From an uncultured Planctomycetales bacterium (lineage in GTDB: Bacteria; Omnitrophota; Gorgyraeia; Zapsychrales; JANLHA01), in NCBI GenBank assembly GCA_964374105.1, contig CAYJXI010000001.1, positions 135,743 to 199,742 of the forward strand: a stretch of 64,000 bases of DNA, written 5' to 3'. Positions within the stretch are counted from its first letter, which is position 1, and each line of letters starts with the position of its first letter. Below the pieces are notes generated by a model. That model searched no databases, was not told the origin of the DNA, and saw only the letters and a program-made list of their open reading frames with translations. Below are positions 24,001 through 36,000 of this stretch, piece by piece. The translations under genes and the position numbers were made by a program.

Positions 24001-27000
24001 AATTGCGTCAGGAAGCTGAGGCGCATCATCAGGACTTTATCCTTTTCCTTGAAGATACAGGACCGAATATTCCTGAAGTCGAAGGCTATGAGAATTATGA
24101 TGATGACGAGCTTATTGAGGAGGCGCAAAAAGATAAAGAGTTAATGGCGCTATTGCTTGATTTCTTTATCAAGATGAAAAAAGTCAATCGGGGGTATGCC
24201 AGGAATCTCGAGAAAGGTATTGTTCCCAATGAATGGAAGAATCTTGTTGATGAGCGGATTCCTTTGGAAAAATTGCAGTCTTATGGTCAGGCGGTCAATG
24301 CCTATAGGGCACGGAATCGGATCAAAACAGAAGAAGAGGACATTTCCCCTGAAGACTGGCTGGAGAATGAATGGCAGACGGAAAAGGTTAAGAAATCCTA
24401 CGATCTTTATTTTGATGGTGATCTGAAAGAAAAAGAGGATCGTCAGCAGTTTGTTGAAGCACGGGTAACCCTTGAGCCACGTATTATGAAATTAATGAGA
24501 AGCCGAAACAGCCAGATAATCTCAAAAATTCTTTATCAAGTCTCGCTCGGCCGTGTGGTGGCTTCACTCATCGGAGCTTCGCACGATGGAATCGTGGAAG
24601 CCCTTCAAGCCCAAGGGGTGCATGTCGAGCGCTCTCCCACGGGTCAGGATCAATCCCGGATCTTAGAGCATATAGGCGGAGGCAGTATCGGAGGGATTTT
24701 AGCTGCAGGTAGATCTATCGATTTAGAGACAAGAGCCTTTTATTATCTGCGCATTCCGGTTATCGATTTATTGATGGGAATAGCCTACAAAAATGAATAT
24801 AAAGATACGCTGGCCAATTACAAGGTTATTGGACCGATGACTCACCGCTGGACGATCGAACACATGGCAGGTCTAGTTCAGGCCACCTATGAGAGTAAAC
24901 ATGAAGAGTATATTCAAGAATGGTTGCGTCAACATGCTTCCGAGGAAGAACGCATTATATTTACAACCCAAGGGCAAGCTCAAGGGGACAGTCCCCATTC
25001 GGGGACAGTCCCCTTGAGCAACGGTGGGGAACAAGCACTACACGAGAAAGGTGGCCAGGCTTACAAGCCGCAGGATCACGATGAGCCAACACCATCAGAG
25101 ATTCCGGAGGAATTCAAATCAGCAATCCAGCAAATCATCGGGAATCAGGTTGTGGATATGAAACCCGCACCGTGGCAAGCCTTATGGCTTCTGGTTTCTC
25201 AACAGACACCTGTTAAGGCAGTGGATGTAAAGAAGAAGATCAGCCGCGTTAAGGTTGGCAAAAAATCAGCGAATCTAGCGGAAACGCAGATTAATCAATT
25301 GGCGAAACTCATCAATGATGTTCGACAAAAGCAGGAATCTCAAAAAAGAAAAGAAGAAGGCTTCCTTGTTCTTAAAGAGGATCATCCTGGGTTGAAGTGG
25401 ATGATCAGGCAAATGCAAAACTATCAATTACTTGAAATCATGCAACTGGCTTTAGCCATTGTGCATCGTTATGATACGCAGACACCGTTTGTGGATGAAA
25501 AACAGCTTATGGCGACTTTCAAACGTTTCTATGAACTGGCCAGACGCGATGCCCTCCTCAACGCATACATCCATAGCCATTCTAGAATGGATATAAAAAT
25601 GGGATTGACACGTCTGGGTAAAGTTCTGATAGAGGAAAGGAAGCCCCTCGAAGCGCATGATCAAAGGAATATGGCTATTATAGCTCGAGTTGTGTTAAGT
25701 GTTCATAGTGAGATTGAGCTCGATCAGATTTTGCCAAGGGAACCCAGCAGGATGGAATTGCATATGTACAGTAACCGCCGGGCTAAAGCAGAACTTAAGA
25801 AAACAGAATTCAGCGATGAACAACAGAAATTGCTTTTGGCTGTCTATGTGGTCCTTGGCCTGGTGGCATTTGATGCGGCGACCAAGGAACCGTTGATCAG
25901 CGAGGCGGGGATGAAAGAGATGATAGATCAATTGGAAAAAGAGCAAGTATTAGAAAAAAGTCTTTTGGAGCTTTTCGCCGATTATATTAAGCAAGATAGA
26001 GCCAAAGCGCCGCAAGACAGACAAAGTCCAACATTACCGCAGCCTGAGCTGCGCAGGATCCTGCAGCAAGTTTCTTCCCGTTTAGCGTTAAAAGATCCAG
26101 AAGCCGTTGTTTGGTATTTAACACGTTTACTCTATCGCATTAATCGCGAAATCATGACAAGGTATGAAGTCTACCGCAAGAAGTGGCTCTTAGAATTGCT
26201 TAAAGTCTATCCTGGCGGCATGCATTTGGTGAGCGGTGGACCTTTCAGCCGGGAAGTCATGCGGCATAACCTCATGGCCGGGCAATTTGTGGCCGCCCTC
26301 GCTAAGATTCATGACTGGTTTATTTCCCAAAAGATACGGACAGACCGTGTCCTTTATGAATTCGGTGGAAGCGATATCACAACCGTGCTTTTCTTAACGG
26401 ACGCTCAGGTGATTGAAATCCGCGATGCCCTGCCTTTTGATTTAACGGCTCAACCGGAAGATCATGAAGAATTAAGAATGCTTTATTGGTTCGAGAAGGC
26501 GTTATGGAGTTATACCTCTTCGGAAGATTTATGGATGATTGGTAATGCTAGGGTGCCGCTCTTGTGGGAGATTGAAAGTTTAGGTGTGGAAAGAAAGGAT
26601 ATTACGATTGAAAAGGATGCCGGGCAGGAGAATACCTACATCATCCGTTTCCCTTGGGCTTATGACGGCCGCAGGGAGAATGAAGTACCACGGACCATCA
26701 TCTATCGGGAAATGGAAATTAAGGAACCGAAAGGCATCGTTGCAGCCACCCAACCAATAACGTCCGAAGAGGCATTTGATCTATACTTGCGCAAGGCCGA
26801 TGCCAATAATCCCAATCAGATCCCTCGATTACCGGTGATTATCAAGTTTGGCACTATTCCCGGAGGACTTTCCGGATACCATCGTATTCCCGTAATAGAC
26901 ATCCCCGAATTCCCCAGGGAAATGGTATTAACGGTCATGAAAGACGAAAGGGAATACGCGAATATCAAGCATGGGGAGATCTATATTAGAGAAGAAAGCT

Positions 27001-30000
27001 GGAAGGGGGCAAGGGGGGCAAGGGGGGCAAGGGGGGACAGTTCCCAAATGGGGACTGTCCCCAATGACAATGAACCCAATGAAGGGGGCGGCCATGACCC
27101 CACCCGCTCCAGCCGGCCGCTCCAGGATAGAGAAATTGAAAAAATTGAGGAAATCTTGGCTAAATATCAGGCCTTGATTAAGGGTGCTTCGTCTCTCTAC
27201 GAAAGGTTCAAACAAGCTGTCATTGACGTGTTAAGCAATAATCCTGGATACCGACAAGAAGTGGATATCCTTAAAGGCGCTAAGCTAATTAACGCCCCAC
27301 CTCAGATGTTGCCCGAAATTTATGCTCTTCAAGCAGAAAGCCAAGACCTGACCATTTATGCGTTGAATACAACTGTTGATGGTAAAAATGCTATTCTCCT
27401 TCTGCCTGCCACCCGCACAGATGAAACCCAGATCTTCCGTTCAATCCTCCACGAAATCAAGGCTATTCAATTATGGGGAACCGCAACCCTAGAACTCATC
27501 CACTCTCAGGCGCAAGCATTTGAAGAATTAGTAGAAAGAATTCCATGGCCATCCGTTCAGACTGTTATCCACGAATTCAACGGCGGTACCCACGAAGAAA
27601 ACGAAACAGTCAAAGCGGAATCTAAAGATTATCGACAGGCGGAAGCAGAAAGTTCGATCCCAGAGCCATCGGCTGCTCCTCACGGACAAACGAAGGGATC
27701 TAAGAAGAATAGGCAGCACGCCAGCATTCCCGAATTATTATCTGACTTATCGGATCCGGATGAATTTATACGTTCTGAGGCCGAGATTGAACTCAGCCTC
27801 AAGGATAGACTGCCATGGGATATGCTTTTGGGATATATCAAGAATCCTCCCATTCCTGTCAGGGATGATGAACGCTATTCAGCCGGCCAAGAATATAATC
27901 CGGAAGCCATTCGCAGAGATATTCGGATTTCAATCCTGAAAGTCCTGGGGGATAGCTTGAGCGATGAGGAAATAAGCGGCCTTAAGGGGAAAGCATCAAA
28001 ACGGGACAAGGTCAATAAAATCCTTCAGGGCATGGCTCAACAATGGAAACAACAGGACGACCTTTTACTCACCCAGTTGATCACGAAGAATCCTAATAAT
28101 CCTCTTGGCACAGAAGAATCGCTGAATTTATTGCAGGTGATGGCGCTTTTGATTCATTGGTATATCAAGTTAATGAATAAAGACAAAATTAGGTGGCATT
28201 ATGATTCCCCAGAGGAGATTCTCGATTATACCTTAGTTATTTACAGCAGAAATAATTGGTTTAGCCTGTACTATTTAGGTTATGTTTATGAATCTATCCG
28301 CAAGATTTATCCGGAAATTCAAGATGCCGTTGGTGAGATCCTATATGGTCTTGTCTTCAAGCAAATCAAAGGTTCACGGAAGGCCAAAGAGAAAGAAGAT
28401 CAGACTATTCAATTGAAGAGAAAATCTCCGAGACCTTCCGCAAAGGGCCGCAGAGGATCTAAGAAGGCTGACGAAGAGAATCTTCCGCCAGCCATGCAGC
28501 CAAAGTTCAAGGAGCAATTTGCGGAGGCGTTCGAGCACTCAGAAGAGAGGTTATTGGTTGAAGCGATTGTTCCGCGATTAGAAGAGCAAAAACGCGGTTT
28601 CTGGTGGCGGACTCCTCCCGAAAAATTCGTTGAGGATCACGAAGAGGTTTTTAATACCAAATTAGGAAAATGGCAACCACCTACTAAAAAGGAAAGAGAA
28701 ATCCTCCTTGAGCTTGCTAAAAAAACTGATCGCGCTTTCCACCGTGCCCGGCGGTTTGCGGTTTATCGAATAAAGAAAGAGATCGCCCAAAATGGAAGTT
28801 TATCGTTAATTATGCGATTGATTAATTCTATAAGATTGACTGTTTTATTGAGAATGGCCATTGCCTCTCGTGAATTTGGTCTTAAGGCCGCCATCCGCGT
28901 GCATCAAAGATTTAACCGCAAGCCCAAGTTTGGTTTCTATGCCATGGCTTCTGTTCCCAGTGATCAGAAAGATCATTCCTCCTTAACCTTTGAGGACATT
29001 TTAAGTGGCGAAAGGTTGCTGGACCATCCGGTGGTTCGGGAGCAATGGGAAAGGATTCTCCTTGATCAAAAGATCATTCATCATGTGACCAGTCGTTTAG
29101 CCAAGCTGTTGAAGAGATATAAGAGTTATTTTCGAATTCCGTTGTCTGAACGAACGGAGATTGAATCGCTGATCCCATTTGAGCAAAATCAAGAATATCT
29201 CCGGTATTTCTTAAGTTGGGCCTTTTTAAGATTCGAGGCAAAAGGCTTGGTGAGACTCCTGTCGGCTGGTTTTGATGATGCAGTCGACAAACAAGCCCGA
29301 CGTTTTGCCGCCACTCTTATCCTCGTCTTGGCAATCAAGAAGGCCGAACTTAGTGCACAACTTTTGGCAAGGAACAAAGCGACCCTTAAGATCATTGAAC
29401 AAACCCTCTCTTCGCCAGAGGTGTCTCTCCTTGTGATGCAGGAAGAAAAATCCCTCACAGCATTTAAGGAATATATCTCAGCCCAATGGGCCAAGATCCC
29501 TCATCTATCAGCCTCCTTGAAAGAACGACTGCTGAAACACGTGTTTGAGCTTTGGGAAGAAATTATTTTGAAACCGGCAAGGTTTACACCCTTAGCAGAA
29601 GAATATCAAAATAAGTTCTTTATCCGTAAGGATATTCAAGCTGCCTTACCAAAAGAATTTAAACAGAATCCTTTGGAATTCTTAACAAAGATTCAAAGAG
29701 TCACCCGGGATTCCCGATCTCCGGGGTTGGGGGATATTTCGATCTATAAATTCCCTCATGTTTACAGCCTGTTGTCGATTAAAAAGGATGTCTTGGAATA
29801 TCCTGATTATCGTTCAGACAAGGTTATGCGTTTTGAATTAAAGGATGATCGTACGCTCTTTTTGAAGCGGGTTGATTTTTTAAGAGTACTCCAACCGGAT
29901 GAGGAGATTCATGAGGCTCGTCGGTTCAATCTGGTTTTACGCGCCGCGGGTAATGAACGCTTTGCGGTCGAGGAATTTGTTGGGATTGTCATGATCGGCG

Positions 30001-33000
30001 GCTTGTTCTACACCCTGGCGGTTGGCGAGCTTAAGGGTTCCAATATGGAAGATTTTGATAAGAAGATCCTGCGCCGGATGGTTAATAAGGCCACCTGGGA
30101 TGAGGACGAAAACATGTACGACGCCTCAGTTTTAGGTAAGATCATTGAGGTGAATATTCCCGACTACAGTGATCGCTTCCGTATGATGAGGCGGAAATTC
30201 AATTCAGAAAATCAACTCTTTGATCCGAATACCTTTGCCATGCTGGCTGAGCCCTTCTTGACGGCCCTTTACGTCGCGGTCAAACGCGGCTATCGTGAAT
30301 TGCTTTCTATCGTGAATCCTCACGGCATTGAATTCGCACCTAGAGACATTATCTGGACCTTAGGTCCGCGTTATGAATTCCGGTTTATCCTCCTGGATTT
30401 CGAGACGTACTATAAACCGGATTTGACTTTAGAGACAGAGGATATTGAGAAATATCATTACTGGAGGCAGCGGTTGTCTTTATCTAAGGGAGAGGAGGGA
30501 CATCATCCTCAAGACCGCCACCCACCTGCCATGCAGCCGAAGTGGGAAGAGCGTTTTGAACGTGTGCAGACCGATAAACAAGGGGTGTACGATTATAAAA
30601 AACATAGGACGATGAGCCAAGAAGAGTGGTTCGTCACGGAGGTTGTCTCTCAACACGAAGAACGCGCCCGCGGATTCTGGTGGCGCGCCTCACCGGAAAA
30701 ATTCGTTCAAGATCACCCAAAAGTATTTTATCGCGCCCGCAACCGATGGGATACACCTACCCAAAAAGAACGTGCCATTCTTTTAGCCCTAGCTCAGAAA
30801 TCTGATCGTTTCTTCCATCGCGCCCGTAAGTTCGCGGTTTATAAAATGAAGCAAAATTTCTTCCATAAGCCGTTGATGCGAAGGTTGGTGCCGTTATTTT
30901 TGATCGGTCGAATGATTGATTTTGTGGTCAGTTTTGGAATTGCGTTTGATTCCCGCCAGTTCGCTTTAAGGGCGGCCGTTAATGTCCATAAGCGTTTTAA
31001 CCACCGGGTTTTCCAAAAGGGTGGTTTCTACGCAATGGCAGCCAAAAATGTGAAATATTCAATCTGGTCTAAACCCGTTAAAGAATTGTTCAATACCCAA
31101 TCTGGTATCGGTGACTCAGAAGCAAAAGGTAACAGTCACATTTTAGGAAGACAGACACTTGCCATGCAGCCGAAGTGGCGAGAGGCTTTTAAACAAATCA
31201 AGACGAAGGACCAAGCGGAAGAATTCTTATGGCAAACTGCTATTCAGGAAGAGACTGAACGTACTTTGGGTTTGAAACGTCTAGCATGGCAAGAATTTGT
31301 AGACAAACACACAGAGGTCTATGACGTGAAAACGGGTCACTGGCGTGAACCAACAAAACATGATCTCAGGGCGCTAGGCCGCCTAGCCCGTAAGATCAAT
31401 AAGATTTTTTATGAAGTCTTAAGCGATGCTCTTGTTTCCTTGTACGAAAATGTCCGAATAGATTATGAGGTCAACTATCCGCATATTGACAACGAAGAGC
31501 GTAAACGGCTTGTTGAGACTGAAGTCAAAGAAAAAGCACTCAAGGCTGCCCTGTATACCGCCATTGAGGAACATTACTTCTATAATCTCAATGTAATGCA
31601 AGCCGGCCAAGGCATCCTGGCGATGGTCAGTAGAGAAGGAGATAAGAATCGGAAAGATAAGAAAAAGATTCATAAAAAGGAAAAGAAAACTGAAAAGTTA
31701 ACGGCCAAAAAGGTACATGATCGCGCTTATGAAGCATTCGCTCAGTCTTTAGGCGAAGAAAGGTTTACTGAGCATAGCACGATCAGTGTTTTTAGTGAAA
31801 AAGGATGGATGGCAATATCCTTGAGCCTGGATGAATTAATTGATTGGTCCATCGCGACAACAGACGTTTTTTCCTCTGCCTTGGAAATCCTTGAGCCAAT
31901 CCTCGCTGAGGTTGGGAGCAAAAAGTCAGCCGAGGAGATTGTGGATTATTTTGTCGGATATTATGGAGAATATATAGCGAAGAAGGATGAACTCGATACG
32001 AAGGACGATTCCGCCTTGGAGCACGGGTTTAAAGATACCCTCCAGAAGAGACTTGGGCAGCCAGAAGAAGAAACTACGGAAGAAGTTGATGAATTAGATG
32101 ACATTGAAGACGATGATGATACTTATCCTTTCGCCATGCAGCCAAAGTGGCAACAAGCATTGAGCGAGGCCTTAAAAGCCGGGGATACCGAGCTGCTGGA
32201 ATTTCTAAGAGTGACCGCCCACCAAGAAGAAACATCCAGACACCGCGATACCCAGCCGGTCTCTGCCGAAGAATTTGCTAGATGGCATACCGAAGTCTTT
32301 GATGCTAATCTCATGGACTGGCGGCCGGCTCAGGAGGCGGATTACACGATCCTACTTGAACTCGGGTGGCAGACCGATACTATCTATTATCACACCTTCC
32401 AAGTAATTTATCGTTTCACCAGCGACATTGAGCGGGCGCATCATGTGGCCCTTAAGGTGGCCGCGGAAATTCATCTTCAACATAACCTGCATCAGTTTGA
32501 GGCAAGAGTTAACCCGAAAGAGCGGCCGCGCATTCTAGCTATTTCCGCAAGGGGTGTTGCCCATCAGTTTGTGGAGATTCCTCATCAGGTTTATGTGATT
32601 TCGGGTAACGCCTTGGTCGAGCAGAAAGGCCTTATCGATTTTGGAGTTGCCGAGGTTAGCCGTTATCCGAATGCGGTCGTAAAGAATGTTGCTGTTGAAA
32701 CAACCGGCGCTTTAATTCATGGCGGTACGATTTGGTGGGGTGTGAGGCCAGAGTTGAAAGATCGCCGCGATATCACCCTCGAATACCGCAAAGGCCAACC
32801 TTACCACGCTTGGGCCGGGGATCGGTATCCCACCAACTTCTTGCATCAGCCGGATAAGAATGTTCAAGAAATCACCGTTGAACCGGAACTGAGCAAGAAA
32901 GAAATTCTTTTGTGGGATAAAGGTGAATTGGTCTTGGCCTCCGGCCGCATGCGGCAGCAGCTTATATATTTCTCTATTTCTTATGGCGAAGAGCGGGCCT

Positions 33001-36000
33001 CCTTAGTTATTAGGCTTAAAGAGGAAGGTAGGGAATCTTTTAAGGTCAAGGCCTTTGTCATTCCCCAGGAATCTATCCCAGTTATCCGCCAGAAAGGGAT
33101 TCAGAGTTTAATCATGGCGACGTTTGCGGATGTCAATCACGGCCTGCTTTTAGGTTTATTTATTCCTGAGGAATACGTTAAATGGCTTCGTGGTGAAACG
33201 CCAGCTGTTCCGTTAGTCGTTTATGCCTATTCCAAGAAGCATAACTCCTCGCGGATCGCTGAACCGTTTATCTTGGATCTGCAGAAGATGATAAAGGGAG
33301 AGACGATTGAGCTAAGGCCTCAGGGAAGTCCTTGGTGGTACGGAAAGACAATTATGAATGTCTATCCTGATTCCCATAATCAGGCCATATTGCGCGGTCA
33401 TTTGAAATTTAGACTAGACGCCTTTGATCTTTTAGTCAATATGTCTGTCAAATTAGACCAGGAGTTTATTAAGAAATACGGCAGGGCCGACAAGTTTGAG
33501 GTCTACGCCGTTATCCAAAGGGATCCCAATCATGGTTTTGTGGTTACGGTTTATCACAAAGATGATTTTAATCCTGACAATCTTGAAAGTTCAAGGGATC
33601 CGTTGATGACCTATGCTTTGTTGGGAAGCAAATGGCGGCCGGTGGATTTGGCGGTGTTGGATATTATTGCCTTTAGTGAGGGGAGAAAAGACCTGGCGGC
33701 GACCGGCCGGAAAGTAAGGAGGAAAGCCTTTATCCTGAAAAATACTAAGTCAAGATTTTTAGGGAAAGGGATCGTGACGGTCAAGGCCGTTACGGATCAA
33801 AGATCCTTGGCCAAGACGGTGACCTTTGGTTTTACACCTGAGGAAGTCAGGCGCCATGATCTTGAGAATAATCCATTGATCTTTGAGTTAAAGGTTGATT
33901 CCGACTTTGGTTCCTACCTGAATATTTCTGTTGAAAGAAACGGTCAAGAAGAGTGGATGGCGACTTATTACTGGATCGCTGAGGCTAAACAGCAGCACCG
34001 GATGCGTGTTGATTTTAACCGGCTGGCCTTGATTGACCATGTTTCGGGGAAGCCCAATATTCACGGGCAGCCGGTTAAGCCGAGAGTCTACAGCCATGAC
34101 CTGCCTGTTCCTAACGGCGGATGGATTGTGCTGGGCGTCGGCCCCGAACGGCGGCTGAACGTTTATGGATTAGAACTGCTTAAAGGCAAGGTTCCGATAT
34201 TTATTCCTGAACCTCATGCGGAATACGGCTGGGTGTTCAACGTGCATGATGTTGAGGCCTACCTTAAGGATCGAAATCGCAAACCTGATGTTGTCTTGAT
34301 TAAGGACCGTAAGCGCCGGGACCCGAATGGATATGCCTTGGTTTTGAGGGAAGGATCCGGTATTGACTTGATTGACCCTCAGCGGGAGATTCCGATTACC
34401 AAGCGGGGATTAATAAAGCATTTTCATGATAAAGATGTTCGTGATCATTTCTTTGCCTTTAAAGAAATGATTGAGCAAAAGGCCGAGGGCAAAGATCTGG
34501 TTGTGATTGAAGGGATTCAGTTCTTGCAAAAACAGTATGTGGCAAGGGGGGCAAGGTATACGCAGTGGGTCTTTGCCCGAGGGGATATTGAGGCGGTGGC
34601 GCGGTTGACGGGCTGGCGGCTGAAGAGACAATCCGGCGGCAAAATCAAGGAGGACGAACAGGCGGAAGGCATGGCAAAAACTATCGGGCAGGCGAGTGTT
34701 GTGTACCAGATTTCCGGCAACCAACTCATCAAGGTGGGGGAGATGAACGCAGGGTTTGGGCCGGAAGAGGCAGCGAGTTATTCCGATGTTATTGTGAAGA
34801 ATGTCCGAACGGAGGTAACCGGTGCTCTTATCCACGGCGGCGTGATTTGGTGGGGGGCGATTGCAGATTTAAAAGACCGGCGTGATTTAACGGTTGAGTA
34901 CCGTGGCGGTCAACCCTTTCGCGCTTGGGCTGGCGATCGCTATCCCACCAACCGCCTGGATCAGCCGGATGAGGACATTGCCGCCATCATCATCCTTCCC
35001 GAATTGACACAGAGAGAGGTCATTTTATGGGATAGAAATCAATTACCCTTGGGATCCGGGCGCATGACGGAACGCGTGATTAAGTTTGAAGAAAGCCGCG
35101 GGGTCGAGCAGATCAATGTCAGATTCCACGATCGCGAAGTAGGGGTTAAGGTTCTGGTGATCCCTTATGAGTATGCGGTAAGAATTCGTGCACAGCGTAT
35201 CGAAAAGGCCGTTGTGGCTACCTTTGTTGATGAGTATTTAGGATTCTTTGTAGGAGTTTTTGTCCCCAATGATTATGAGAAATGGCTGAAAGGGGACGGC
35301 ACAGCCGCGCCTTTAAGTGTCTATGCGGTTGCGGGAAGACATCAGAGAGCAAGGATAGCTGATCCTTTTGTCATGGATATCCATAGACTGAGTACCGGTC
35401 GAGTGATTAAGGTGAGGCCTTCCGGCAGTCCTTGGCGGTACGGAAGATTTGCCTTGCGGCTGCAAAAAGATCATTCCGGAAAGAGCCAGTTATTTCTAGG
35501 ATCTATAAGACTTAGGTCATTGGCCTTTGATATTAATGTACGGATGTCATTTTCCATTAGCCCCGAAGAGGCCAAGAGACTTGGCATCAAAAATAAGGAT
35601 CAACTGTATGCGGTTATACAGGAGGACCCGAATCATGGTCCTATCGCCCAGATATATCGTTTAGAAGATTTTAATCCGAGCCAGCCGGAGAGTTCCCAAA
35701 ATCCGTTAAAAACGTATACCTTCTTTGGGGACAAGTGGATGGCCGTGGATTTAGCTGTGCTTGATATCCTGGCTTACGGCGAGGGAAGAAAGGACCTGAA
35801 AGCTTTAGGCCGGCAGGCCAGAAGAAATGTTGTCATCAAAAAGTCCGGGGATGAACGGACCGGTAGAGGGATAACGACCGTAGGGTTCTTCTTTTCAAAG
35901 CGAAAAGGTCAGAATGATGTTTTAGGTAATCGTGTGACCTTCGTATTCTCTCCGGCGGAGGTGAAACGGTTTAATTTAGAGAATAACCCGGTGATTTTAG

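Noticed and set aside
24540-24990. TraB/GumN-like motif (IGASHDGIV ... GGGSIGGILAAG)
   Set aside because: The resemblance rests on a short GxxH-type motif only; not enough to call.
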